IMG/VR virus record: IMGVR_UViG_3300050030_000022
Location: 9,182 to 73,181 of that record
DNA length: 64,000 bases
Source of the DNA: a virus
Direction: 5' to 3' (one strand)
Part shown: piece by piece, positions 9,592 through 19,026 of the stretch
How the letters are laid out: every line of letters begins with the position of its first letter
Position numbering within the stretch: the stretch's first letter is position 1
Position numbers and translations under genes: made by a program
The notes under the pieces: model-generated
Databases searched by the model: none
Told to the model about the DNA's origin: nothing
Seen by the model: the letters and a program-made list of their open reading frames with translations, nothing else

Positions 9592-9879
9592 ATGATAATG
9601 CAAAAATCATCCGTAAGGCGTACACTCAGAACCATCCGGCGTGAATATAGTCAGGAAATATCCAACATCGAAAAGTTAATCAAGGACGCGATCAAAGAAG
9701 GCAAAGACCATATTGAGTATACCACCCCTGATTTTCTTACCAAAAAGAACTATACGCATGGCGGTGAATATCAAGATTACGGAGTTATCGCCAAAATCAA
9801 GTATTATTTTTATAAGCATGATTATACGGTGAATAATCAAAGTGGTTATAACGATTTTCGCATTGTAATATCGTGGTAA
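9592..9879 (+). CDS. Hypothetical phage protein
   Basis: Coupled ORF ending ISW; resembles 12391-12606. Confidence 0.6.
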   Translation: MIMQKSSVRRTLRTIRREYSQEISNIEKLIKDAIKEGKDHIEYTTPDFLTKKNYTHGGEYQDYGVIAKIKYYFYKHDYTVNNQSGYNDFRIVISW

Positions 9880-9880
9880 A

Positions 9881-10615
9881 ATGACCAAAACCATTGCCAT
9901 AATACCGATTAAGGGCAGGGAAACCCTCGCCTACCACACAATCAAACGATTGGTCAATGATAATATCCGTACCGTTTGTGTGGGTCACACGATGGCTGAG
10001 AAGTGTGTGGTGGAATGCGCCGGTGGGGACTTTATTAAAGTGAAAGACCGCATAACTTTGGGCGCAAAATGGCAACTTGCTTTAGATAAAGCCCGTGAAC
10101 TTTCTCCCGACCAAATACTTTACATGGGCAGTAGTGATTTCGTTTCCCATAACTGGGTAAAAGTCATCCAGCAAGACCTTGATAATGGTTACGCCATGAC
10201 GGGGACTAAAGGTATTTACTTTCTGGACATCCAACCCCAAAATAAAAAGAGGATGATCTGGTGGGAAGGTTATCTGAAAGACCGCAGTGATGAACCTATC
10301 GGAACGGGGAGGTTGTTTTCGGCTAAGATGCTGGACTTGATGAATTGGAGATTATTTGATACAACACAGGATCACTCGATTGATTTCTACCAACTGCAAT
10401 CACTACGGGCATATACTGAGATGTGGCCGAAGGATAAACTGATTTGCTACAATGATTCCAAAGAGATCGCCAGTTTGTCCATTTCGACTTATCGTTGGGA
10501 AAACAAACATAACTTTGCCGGTGAATCCAAATACCCGACCGCAAAGATAATGCAGTCCCCGGATAATGTTCTGAATAAGTATTTTAAGGAAGTAATAAAT
10601 TTGTTCAATGAATGA
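9881..10615 (+). CDS. GT-A fold (GT2-like) glycosyltransferase
   Basis: IAIIPIKGR, LGAKW, MGSSD motif, IGTGR. Confidence 0.7.
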   Translation: MTKTIAIIPIKGRETLAYHTIKRLVNDNIRTVCVGHTMAEKCVVECAGGDFIKVKDRITLGAKWQLALDKARELSPDQILYMGSSDFVSHNWVKVIQQDLDNGYAMTGTKGIYFLDIQPQNKKRMIWWEGYLKDRSDEPIGTGRLFSAKMLDLMNWRLFDTTQDHSIDFYQLQSLRAYTEMWPKDKLICYNDSKEIASLSISTYRWENKHNFAGESKYPTAKIMQSPDNVLNKYFKEVINLFNE

Positions 10616-11612
10616 AATAACCCGTGAGGCGCACGAAAAATACATTGCCACTCATCCGCCGTACATAACAATCTATCCTACCGATCATTGTTCGCATCAC
10701 TGTTGGTATTGCTGTTCGCATGAAGGCAACCGTAATCCGGTGAAATCGGTAATTGATGAAATGGGATGGCATAGTTTTATAAATAGGATTTTAAAACTTA
10801 GCAATGGTATTCCGTGCGAATATCGTATATCGGGAGGGGAGCCACTGGAACACCCGGCAACCTTATTAATTATAGAAAGATTATTGGAAAATGGGCATAC
10901 GGTTTGTTTGGGTACAAATGGCGTGCATATTGAACATTTACAAAGATTGCAGGGTAAAATTAAATTTGAAACCTCTTTTCATTTAGGGCAATACCTGAAA
11001 GAACCTACCCGTGGCCGTGCGGATGATTGGATTGACGTGTACCTTCCTCAGATGTTAAACCACGCCTCAGGCATAGGAATAGTTATTCCCATGACCTTAG
11101 ATGTTTTATACCATCCCGACACCGAGAGTTATCTCGACCGGATTGAGGAGAAACTAAAGCCGTACAATTTCCCCTCCCATGCGTTTTCGTTCACCGAACT
11201 GTACGGTAATTTCAACGGGCGGACAATGCCACGGGATTACACTGAGGCTGACAGAAACCGTATTGTCGAGTTAATCCACAAATATTTAGACCCGGAATAC
11301 AAAAGGACGATTGATGAACTGAGTACAATTAACAAATCCCTGAAATTAAAGGGGGTTCCCTGTTATTATATGAGCCGTATGCTTCAGATCAACTCCATTG
11401 GAGATGTGATCGTATGCGGGGCGGGACTACCTGATAAGAAAATGGGCAACATTAAAAGCGACACATTAAACGTAAAGATCACTGATGAACCCCAACCGTG
11501 TGAATTTGAATCCTGCGGCTGTCCCCCGATGGCTTATTCAGCTTGCCTCGAACCGCATGGTATGACGTTTGAAGATTATAACAAAATAGGCAATGAGAAT
11601 CCTGGTAATTGA
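10608..11612 (+). CDS. Radical SAM protein with C-terminal Cys cluster
   Basis: CSHHCWYC, SGGEP, TNG; C-terminal C..C..CEFESCGC. Confidence 0.85.
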   Translation: MNEITREAHEKYIATHPPYITIYPTDHCSHHCWYCCSHEGNRNPVKSVIDEMGWHSFINRILKLSNGIPCEYRISGGEPLEHPATLLIIERLLENGHTVCLGTNGVHIEHLQRLQGKIKFETSFHLGQYLKEPTRGRADDWIDVYLPQMLNHASGIGIVIPMTLDVLYHPDTESYLDRIEEKLKPYNFPSHAFSFTELYGNFNGRTMPRDYTEADRNRIVELIHKYLDPEYKRTIDELSTINKSLKLKGVPCYYMSRMLQINSIGDVIVCGAGLPDKKMGNIKSDTLNVKITDEPQPCEFESCGCPPMAYSACLEPHGMTFEDYNKIGNENPGN

Positions 11613-12384
11613 TAAATTCTTTCAACCCCGTGACCCGGCGCAAACGGATATGTACCGTGTGATGGCGGACGGTCATTATTGCACCTTCTCCGAAAACCCG
11701 ATGGAGGACATAATGATTGACAATTACGACATTCTCTATTTAGGGATTTATCACCCGAACCTCGACCTGGATTTATCGCAACTGCTTTTATACAATCACA
11801 AACCCGTAATTATAGATCAGGCGGACAACGAAGAGTTTGTGCAGAGAAATAAAATCCCCATGAGTCCGAATGTGAAATGGGTATTATCGCGCTATTTGCC
11901 GAATGAAACATTGGAAACCTATTGCACTCAGAACGGATTTCCGCTGGCGTTTCTGCCGTGGTATGTTAATCCCGACCGCTTTTATGTAACAAAGGAAAAA
12001 CTTTACGACATATCATTCGTTTGCTCTATGTACGGCAAGCGGAAGGATATTGCCAATCACATCAAAGGTTATTGCGAACTGTCTGAAAACAAAAGTAGCA
12101 AGGTCGGAGAATTTTATGGCCGGGAGTATGTTGATATTATGGCTAAATCCTACATGGTTTACATGGAATGCGGGAGAAAATGCGTAACCCAAAAGTATAT
12201 CGAGGCTTCTGTTTGCGACTGCGTACTGGTAGGCGACAAACCGCTTTACCCGGAGAATGAATTGATCGTTTACCCGGATGTACCCAATGACTATACCAAT
12301 ATGGGGGGCAACCGGGAATATATTTTAAAGACTTTTGCTAATAAGAATTGGTTTATGGAGAAGTTTAACGAACTGTTAAAATAA
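11593..12384 (+). CDS. GT-B fold glycosyltransferase-like protein
   Basis: VNPDRF..KEKLYDISF, KYIEA..C.CVL motifs of CgeB/GT1-like proteins. Confidence 0.65.
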   Translation: MRILVIDKFFQPRDPAQTDMYRVMADGHYCTFSENPMEDIMIDNYDILYLGIYHPNLDLDLSQLLLYNHKPVIIDQADNEEFVQRNKIPMSPNVKWVLSRYLPNETLETYCTQNGFPLAFLPWYVNPDRFYVTKEKLYDISFVCSMYGKRKDIANHIKGYCELSENKSSKVGEFYGREYVDIMAKSYMVYMECGRKCVTQKYIEASVCDCVLVGDKPLYPENELIVYPDVPNDYTNMGGNREYILKTFANKNWFMEKFNELLK

Positions 12385-12390
12385 AATATT

Positions 12391-12606
12391 ATGAAAGCAA
12401 GCGATGCCAGGGATTTATCCAGGTTAACCGTCTCTAAAGAAATAGAGGAGATTGAAATTTTAATAAAAACAGCCTGCGATAATGGCGAAGTATCAGTGTC
12501 CACGACACGGTTATCCCCTGCCGCCGAGAGGGTATTAAAAGAGGGGGGTTTTTTGGTTGAGTATTGTGGTGTATCGGGATATTCATATTGGACAATCAAA
12601 TGGTAA
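12391..12606 (+). CDS. Hypothetical phage protein
   Basis: Coupled small ORF ending TIKW. Confidence 0.55.
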   Translation: MKASDARDLSRLTVSKEIEEIEILIKTACDNGEVSVSTTRLSPAAERVLKEGGFLVEYCGVSGYSYWTIKW

Positions 12607-12607
12607 A

Positions 12608-13153
12608 ATGACCCAACTGCTCCAGGAAATACGCCTTAAACAAGCCATGAAGGAAAAGGGCGTGGACTTACCCTACACCATTGATCACGCTACACCCAAA
12701 ACCGCGGTCGGTGATAAAGAATATCCTTTGGTCTTTCCCCGCTTTTTAATCAACACCGATCAGCCCAAGACGATCAACACGCTCTTTATCGGTTTAATCA
12801 CGGACAAACGCAAACAGTGGCTCACAAGGTTCCCTGATGCTGTAATCATCAATTCCCTTCGCGGCAGAAGTGAGGCGACTAAGGTGTATGACAAGACCTA
12901 TTTTGACAAAATGGCACAATCTAAGTTTGTCCTTTGCCCGGATGGAGATTTTGTCTGGACGTACCGATTCTTTGAGGCCATACTAAGTGGCGCAATCCCG
13001 GTCATTCAGAATCATTGCAGTCTGTACCGGGGATATATGTATGTAGTGGGTAGGAAATATAACAAGAATTTTTACAATATAGTTTATAGAGAAGTAGGAC
13101 AGGAGTGGTCGGAGGCAAATCTTGCCAAGATGGAAAAGGAGATGATGCTATGA
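12608..13153 (+). CDS. Exostosin/GT47-like glycosyltransferase domain
   Basis: SKFVLCPDG...RFFEAILSGAIPV signature. Confidence 0.75.
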   Translation: MTQLLQEIRLKQAMKEKGVDLPYTIDHATPKTAVGDKEYPLVFPRFLINTDQPKTINTLFIGLITDKRKQWLTRFPDAVIINSLRGRSEATKVYDKTYFDKMAQSKFVLCPDGDFVWTYRFFEAILSGAIPVIQNHCSLYRGYMYVVGRKYNKNFYNIVYREVGQEWSEANLAKMEKEMML

Positions 13154-13836
13154 ACGCCTACTGGTACACCGACAACCCTTTATCTGACGTAGGCAATGTA
13201 GGCGATATGCTTGCGCCCATCATCATTGAGCATTACATGGGCAAGCGTCCTGTTTTTGTCCCCTCTTATGCTAAAGGTAAACTGTTGTCCTGTGGGTCGA
13301 TCGCTGAATTTATCCAAGATGGAGATACTGTTTGGGGCAGTGGACTGATTCAGGCGATGAATTTAACCAAGAAGATGGATGTAAATATCTTAGCCGTCAG
13401 GGGACAACTCACGGCACAACGTCTTTCAGAAACAGGTTACGAGGTTCCTAAAGTGTACGGCGACCCCGCCAGTTTAATGCCCCGGATTTACTACCCTATG
13501 GTAAAGCGAAAGTACAAGATGGGTTATGTGCCTCACTATGTAGAAAAACTGGAGTTCTTGAGCCTGTTTGGCTATCATGGGTTAGTCTTTTCTATTATAG
13601 ACACGCCTCAGCACTTTATAGATACGCTTCTGTCTTGTGAGCAGATAACCACCTCGTCACTTCATGCGCTTATCCTGGCTGATGCTTATGGCATTCCCTG
13701 TCATTATTTACAGGTGACGGATAAGATCATCGGGGGGTATTTTAAATACGAGGATTACATCTCAGGTCGGGGGAGTGAGGATAAATTGGAAAATGTTTTT
13801 AAGGAGTATTGTCAGAAGGTGTGCAAAACGGAGTAA
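13150..13836 (+). CDS. Polysaccharide pyruvyltransferase family (ExoV-like)
   Basis: GNVGD, WGSG, AVRG, GDP, VPHY, SSLHALILADAYGIP. Confidence 0.85.
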   Translation: MNAYWYTDNPLSDVGNVGDMLAPIIIEHYMGKRPVFVPSYAKGKLLSCGSIAEFIQDGDTVWGSGLIQAMNLTKKMDVNILAVRGQLTAQRLSETGYEVPKVYGDPASLMPRIYYPMVKRKYKMGYVPHYVEKLEFLSLFGYHGLVFSIIDTPQHFIDTLLSCEQITTSSLHALILADAYGIPCHYLQVTDKIIGGYFKYEDYISGRGSEDKLENVFKEYCQKVCKTE

Positions 13837-13841
13837 ATTTA
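13809..13841 (+). promoter_or_regulatory. Class A promoter TTG-N9-GTGCA-N8-TAAATTTA
   Basis: Overlaps end of upstream gene, precedes 13865 ORF. Confidence 0.55.
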
Positions 13842-13864
13842 CATTAAACTTTCAATCATAGATT

Positions 13865-14080
13865 ATGAGAAAAATTATTGGGATTATTGCTATGTGGGTT
13901 ATTATTTGCCAAATCCCAGCATTAATTGGGACTCTGGTCACTATGAGTCCTGAATATAAAAATACCCCTTGGTGGCAAGGTTATTTGATGGGTTTGGCGA
14001 TCCCGGCCTTTATCGCAACTGGTGTAGGTATAGTGATATTAGCTCTTGTTGTCAGGGGTTGGATTAATGGTAGGGGCTGA
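13865..14080 (+). CDS. Small two-TM membrane protein
   Basis: Two hydrophobic segments. Confidence 0.55.
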   Translation: MRKIIGIIAMWVIICQIPALIGTLVTMSPEYKNTPWWQGYLMGLAIPAFIATGVGIVILALVVRGWINGRG

Positions 14081-14111
14081 TTTTAAAATAATATAGATTA
14101 AACTTACGATT

Positions 14112-14363
14112 ATGAAATTGGAAAATTTTGATCGGGTAAAAGAAATAGTTGATTTAATATCTTATAATGAGAGGCAAATTAACCGCATCCAGTCGTCCAC
14201 TTATGTGGCTTTCACAACGCCTACGGGTCACGCTCAGTTCGAGATCGCCGTTCATACATTGGGAGAACCTTATTATGAATTGGCTAATAATTTTTTAGTT
14301 GACGTGGTTGCAAAAATACAATCTCAAATTGAGGATTTAAAAAGGGAACTCGAAACCTTATGA
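14112..14363 (+). CDS. Hypothetical phage protein
   Basis: Coiled-coil ORF ending LKRELETL. Confidence 0.6.
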   Translation: MKLENFDRVKEIVDLISYNERQINRIQSSTYVAFTTPTGHAQFEIAVHTLGEPYYELANNFLVDVVAKIQSQIEDLKRELETL

Positions 14364-14554
14364 CTTTCACCGTCTACTTTGAAATCTTTGGCAAGAAACT
14401 CAAGACTACCATTGAGGCCAACTCGGAAGAGGATGCTAAATATAAGGTGATGGGTAAGATCAAATGGCACAAGATCACGCCGGGGAGTGAAGATACTTTT
14501 GATTGGTTGAAACATCAAATGGGAATAAAATAACATCCATTAAATATAAACAAT

Positions 14555-14860
14555 ATGCCATTTTACAGATCAAAAAAAGACTCAGATATAGTGGAATTTT
14601 TCGGCGTACCACCAGACCCTATGTATTGGGATTTGATTATTGATGAGCAACCACCCTCCGCCCTCTCCAATCAAATCGGCGGTACGCATTACAAAGACTT
14701 TAAGATTCAGCCTGCACAGTTTTTCTTTGCCAATAACACCCCTTACTTAGAGGGCTCCGCCTGTCTGTATATTCTACGATGGCGCAAAAAGAACGGTATC
14801 GAGGACTTGCGAAAAGCTATCCATACGATTGAAATGCTTATTGAGATGGAGGAAAAATGA
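14555..14860 (+). CDS. DUF3310 (T7 gp1.7-like nucleotide kinase) protein
   Basis: QIGGTHYK..IQP...YILRWRKKNGIEDLRKA. Confidence 0.85.
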   Translation: MPFYRSKKDSDIVEFFGVPPDPMYWDLIIDEQPPSALSNQIGGTHYKDFKIQPAQFFFANNTPYLEGSACLYILRWRKKNGIEDLRKAIHTIEMLIEMEEK

Positions 14861-15078
14861 AATCCCACAAGAAACTCAAAAGAAAAATCACACGATTGAC
14901 GCACCTGAATAATTCCTTACAAAAGGAAATACAGGTTTTGGTATTTGAGCCAAACTCCATGCGAGCCACGGAGATTAAAGTGATGTACAATGTGTTGCGG
15001 GATATGGAAAACGCAGTATTATTCGGCACTGTCGAATGGCATAATACCAATATGGAAACTGAATCTACTCTGCCATAA
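14857..15078 (+). CDS. Hypothetical phage protein
   Basis: ATGA overlap with upstream gene. Confidence 0.5.
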   Translation: MKSHKKLKRKITRLTHLNNSLQKEIQVLVFEPNSMRATEIKVMYNVLRDMENAVLFGTVEWHNTNMETESTLP

Positions 15079-15126
15079 GGGTACGGTACGTTACGCATCC
15101 TTTGTTTTGAAATTTAAAATAGCGTT

Positions 15127-15492
15127 ATGATAAAGGTTTACATAGCCGGTGCTTATTCGGACGACAACGTAATCGGCGTGTTAAAAAACATTGGTCGTGG
15201 GGAAGAAATCGCAGCCCAGGTTTTTAAATTGGGGTTTGCGCCCTTTACCCCGTGGCACGATAAAAGTTTTGTGATGCTGAACTGGAGGGATGAATTTACC
15301 GTAAAACAGTTTTATGATTATTCGATTGCTTGGTTAAAAGTTTCGGACGCAGTATTAGTGGTTCCCAATATTAAGAATGTTAAAAATTGGGAGGATTCAA
15401 GTGGAACACGTTATGAATTAGAGCAAGCCCGCGAACTACAAATACCCATATTTTATTCCATATATGCCTTGCGGAAACATTACAATAATTAG
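15127..15492 (+). CDS. DUF4406/DUF1937 nucleoside deoxyribosyltransferase-like protein
   Basis: VYIAGAYS...WEDSSGTRYELEQARELQIPIFY. Confidence 0.75.
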   Translation: MIKVYIAGAYSDDNVIGVLKNIGRGEEIAAQVFKLGFAPFTPWHDKSFVMLNWRDEFTVKQFYDYSIAWLKVSDAVLVVPNIKNVKNWEDSSGTRYELEQARELQIPIFYSIYALRKHYNN

Positions 15493-15506
15493 TATTCTTT
15501 GCCCGA

Positions 15507-15544
15507 TTTATCGCACTATAAAATTTGCATTATGGTTATCTTCG
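15507..15544 (+). promoter_or_regulatory. Class B promoter TTTATCGC-N22-TATCTTCG
   Basis: Intergenic; same spacing as the two structural-operon copies. Confidence 0.5.
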
Positions 15545-15564
15545 CTTCCCTTTCCAAAAATAAG

Positions 15565-15948
15565 ATGATCGAACAAATCAATGACCACGTATTCAGGGTT
15601 TCCCGCACGGATTTACGGCAGACCCCCGGTGCAATCTTTGAGCAAATCCAGGACATCGTACAGTGCGATGCTTCCTATTTGACAGCCCGTAAGCGAAGCG
15701 ATGCAAACATTAACGGCTCACTGAAGCTGATAGAGGATATTGAGAACGACTACCGAAGTCATGCCTTAGTGATCGTCCATCGGAACACACGCTACCCTGT
15801 AATCTTCAGGAGGAGAAGTTTTGCCGTGATCACAGACCGATACAACCGGATTATCTCAGTTCTGCATTCAGTGACCGGCAGGGAAACGATTACCCGCAAG
15901 ATCGGTCGGGAAGTTTTAAAAGTTTATCACCATGCCCACCCCGACTAA
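15565..15948 (+). CDS. Hypothetical protein
   Basis: ORF downstream of class B motif. Confidence 0.55.
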   Translation: MIEQINDHVFRVSRTDLRQTPGAIFEQIQDIVQCDASYLTARKRSDANINGSLKLIEDIENDYRSHALVIVHRNTRYPVIFRRRSFAVITDRYNRIISVLHSVTGRETITRKIGREVLKVYHHAHPD

Positions 15949-16126
15949 ACATATCTCCCGCAAGATAGCGGGTAAATTTAAATTGGTCGCCGTCCGGGAC
16001 ACCGATTGTTCACGCCGGGACTGCCTTAGACTGATGATAAAAGCCAATAGTGAATACTGCTGTAAGACACGGGAACTATTTGGGTGTCCGGCAAGGTCGA
16101 AATTACCGTTAGCTAAAAGAGATTAA
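15932..16126 (+). CDS. Small Cys-containing hypothetical protein
   Basis: Overlapping coupled ORF. Confidence 0.4.
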   Translation: MPTPTKHISRKIAGKFKLVAVRDTDCSRRDCLRLMIKANSEYCCKTRELFGCPARSKLPLAKRD

Positions 16127-16127
16127 T

Positions 16128-16730
16128 ATGAATGACTGGACTGGAAATAGCAATAGCATTTACAAAACACTTGGGAGCTCTCACCACTCTGAGCACAACC
16201 GACAGTCGCATGATTATTACGCCACAGAACCTCGTGCTGGTGAGATGCTATTAAAATTAGAATCGTTCCACCATGATATCTGGGAATGTGCTTGCGGTGA
16301 AGGGCATTTAAGTAAGGTGTTCATTAATAATGGGTATTCTGTTAGGAGTACTGATTTAATTGATCGAGGTTTTGGTGAATCGGGGATTGATTTTTTGGGT
16401 ATTGATAATCAAATTTGGAGCGGTGATATTATTACCAACCCACCTTATATTTATGCAAAAGAGTTTGTTGAAAAGGCATTACAAATTATATCTAATGGTA
16501 ATAAGGTTGCGATGTTTCTTAAGGTGCAATTTATGGAGGGTAAGGGAAGAAAACAACTATTCGTTAAATATCCACCTAAAACAATATGGGTATCATCATC
16601 CCGATTAAATTGTGCCAAAAATGGGGACTTTCACGGATTGAGGATATCGGGCGGGTCAGCGGTCGCTTATGCGTGGTGGATTTGGGAGAAGGGGTTTAAT
16701 GGTGACACGACTTTAAAATGGTTTAATTAA
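16128..16730 (+). CDS. DNA N6-adenine (amino) methyltransferase
   Basis: DYYATEP, WECACGEG motif I, TNPPY motif IV. Confidence 0.85.
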   Translation: MNDWTGNSNSIYKTLGSSHHSEHNRQSHDYYATEPRAGEMLLKLESFHHDIWECACGEGHLSKVFINNGYSVRSTDLIDRGFGESGIDFLGIDNQIWSGDIITNPPYIYAKEFVEKALQIISNGNKVAMFLKVQFMEGKGRKQLFVKYPPKTIWVSSSRLNCAKNGDFHGLRISGGSAVAYAWWIWEKGFNGDTTLKWFN

Positions 16731-16741
16731 TATATTTTGAT

Positions 16742-17329
16742 ATGTACCGCACACAAGTCATTCAAAAGGCCATTGACCACCTCCAAGCAACAAGTTACCT
16801 CGAAATCGGGGTCTGCGGAGGAAAGAACTTTAAGGAAAATGTAACTTATCTTCAGGAAACGAGTGATTTTTTCTTTGAGAATTTCCCGTATCAAAGATAT
16901 GACGTAATCTTCATTGACGGTCTCCACACGAAAGAACAAGCATGGAAGGACTTTTTAAACGCCCTGACGGTTCTTAATCCCGGTGGTGCGGTTATATTCC
17001 ACGACTGTAACCCAACCTCTGAGGCGATGCAGAGAGTTCCACAGACGCAGAAACGATGGACGGGGGATGTGTGGAAATGTTGGGTAAATGTGGTGGAATT
17101 GGCTTATGATTTTTCGTTAGGCGAAACGTATTGTGTCGAAGGTGATTATGGGTTGGGTGTATTACTCACTGATCGTGACGCAAGTGTTAAGACATTTCTG
17201 GAATTGAATAATTTACAATCAACTGATTACCCTGATTGGGTAAGGTTGGATTATGATGAATTGATTGAAGATCGGATTGATTTATTGCACCTGATCTCCG
17301 ATGCTGAACTTAACCTGCTGACCCAATAG
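16742..17329 (+). CDS. Class I SAM methyltransferase (Methyltransf_24, glycan-associated), apparently internally shortened
   Basis: YLEIGV, TSD.FF, YDVIFIDGLH, HDCNP, WTGDVWK. Confidence 0.8.
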   Translation: MYRTQVIQKAIDHLQATSYLEIGVCGGKNFKENVTYLQETSDFFFENFPYQRYDVIFIDGLHTKEQAWKDFLNALTVLNPGGAVIFHDCNPTSEAMQRVPQTQKRWTGDVWKCWVNVVELAYDFSLGETYCVEGDYGLGVLLTDRDASVKTFLELNNLQSTDYPDWVRLDYDELIEDRIDLLHLISDAELNLLTQ

Positions 17330-17552
17330 TTCCTTCGTGCGCTTGAACTACATACGGCTCAGTCCGTGAAGGTTTACCATGACGTGTCCACCCCAAAGTT
17401 TTAAATCCCGGTTTAGTCAGTTCGTATCGGTAGCGTTCCAAATCCTTAGAGATAGCGAGATGCTTTTGGGCAATGTTATTGTATTCCAACGCTAAATCAC
17501 GGTGGCGTTCAATGAGAAGTTCGACCGCTTTTACCCGACTCATACCCTCCAC
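17310..17552 (-). CDS. Hypothetical protein
   Basis: End of minus-strand operon. Confidence 0.45.
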   Translation of the reverse strand: MEGMSRVKAVELLIERHRDLALEYNNIAQKHLAISKDLERYRYELTKPGFKTLGWTRHGKPSRTEPYVVQAHEGTIGSAG

Positions 17553-17710
17553 TTTTTAATATCCAGAAAGAAGTCACATTCAAACTTGCGTCCTACCCAT
17601 TTGCCGGGAGGATTGATGTAGGATTGGTGTTCGCTTGCCAAAGCGGTGAAGCGGTAACACTTATTTCTAATCGGGCAGGAATAGCCCGAACACTTGCTTA
17701 TATCCATAAT

Positions 17711-18700
17711 TTAGGCTGTTATTTCCCTGACTTGCACCCAACTAATCCCATCAATCACGACAATATACCCAAACGAACAATCTTGATCGCCGTAAGGCGA
17801 GTAATCCTGTGGCGCACACATACTTCCGAGAGAGTACGTTCTGATCTGTCCGCCGTTAAGCGTGTTGCCCATGTGCGAAGAGGTGCGGTGAAAATGATTG
17901 ATTAAGGTATTCGACCGTGCCTTCAAAAAGATATTACGGGCAGGGTTTACATTCCCCGCACCACCGTTGTATTCGTGACCGTGTAAGATATTTAAGTCAC
18001 CACAGACAATCCGGCGTTCATCTTTGACCACGATAATATTCATTTCATTAACAGGGATCACATCATCCAGGTTCATCGTGCCAACCATATAATGCAGGGG
18101 TGCGTTAGTCTTAAAGTAAGAATCCCATCGCTTTTCGTGGTTTCCGAACTTCCATACGATTAATACATTCGGGAAGGTTGCCCTGAGATTCAGCAGGAAC
18201 TCATACCCCATCTCTATGTCGTACTCTATATTGGGTTTCCTGCCGTCTTTAGTAAACTTGGAATCCTGGTACAAGTCAATCAGGTCGCCGTTTAAAATAA
18301 TGCAATTTACCTCCTTGTGTAATCCGTACTCAATGGCTTTTAAGATAGCGACATTACTCTGGTAAGGGAAGTGGGTATCTCCAAATACCAAAATCCGGTC
18401 ATTGACTTTTGGAATAATGTACGGCGGTCGCGGAGTGGTCGCTGGGCAAGGTAGAGAGAATTTATCCCGCAAGGCTTTATCCAAATCTTTAACATGGGTA
18501 AGATCAGCGAGTTTCTGCCGCCCCCTTTCCCCTATTGCGCCACGGTAATACCTGACTACATTACGGGCGTGTTCAACTGTTTCAAAATGTTCCGGGAATT
18601 GTTGGTACAATCTTTTAGCTAAGGTGAGGTTTCCGGCGGTCGGGTATTCGTCCATTAAGGCTTTAGCGAGACGGCCTGATGACTTTGCGGGGTTACTCAT
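17711..18700 (-). CDS. Calcineurin-like metallophosphoesterase with N-terminal helical domain
   Basis: DTH, GDLID, GNHE, HGH, HFH motifs. Confidence 0.85.
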   Translation of the reverse strand: MSNPAKSSGRLAKALMDEYPTAGNLTLAKRLYQQFPEHFETVEHARNVVRYYRGAIGERGRQKLADLTHVKDLDKALRDKFSLPCPATTPRPPYIIPKVNDRILVFGDTHFPYQSNVAILKAIEYGLHKEVNCIILNGDLIDLYQDSKFTKDGRKPNIEYDIEMGYEFLLNLRATFPNVLIVWKFGNHEKRWDSYFKTNAPLHYMVGTMNLDDVIPVNEMNIIVVKDERRIVCGDLNILHGHEYNGGAGNVNPARNIFLKARSNTLINHFHRTSSHMGNTLNGGQIRTYSLGSMCAPQDYSPYGDQDCSFGYIVVIDGISWVQVREITA

Positions 18701-18983
18701 TATGATTTTTTTTGGTTAATACTGTCGGGCCACAATCCAGGTCGATTGACCAGAAACCAAGTTGGGCGTGTTTAATAGATATTCCATTATCTTTTGCCGC
18801 CTGCTTTACTGCCCACTCTTTCCATTCGGCATACTGTTCGTCAGTACATGGGTATAAAGCAAACCATTTGCCCGACTTACATTCTTCGGGGTGCTTCTCC
18901 CCAACTTCTTTAATGGTCGTGTTGTGGAATTTTTTCAGCCACCATTCCCGGTAAAAGTTTGCATCGTTTTGTGGTACTCTCAT
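18693..18983 (-). CDS. Hypothetical phage protein
   Basis: ORF following class A promoter at 19003-19023. Confidence 0.6.
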   Translation of the reverse strand: MRVPQNDANFYREWWLKKFHNTTIKEVGEKHPEECKSGKWFALYPCTDEQYAEWKEWAVKQAAKDNGISIKHAQLGFWSIDLDCGPTVLTKKNHNE

Positions 18984-19002
18984 AAAAACGAGATTTATTC
19001 AT

Positions 19003-19023
19003 CAAATGTAAGTGATTTTGCAC
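19003..19023 (-). promoter_or_regulatory. Class A promoter GTGCA-N8-TACATTTG
   Basis: Between portal stop and 18983 ORF. Confidence 0.65.
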
Positions 19024-19026
19024 AAC

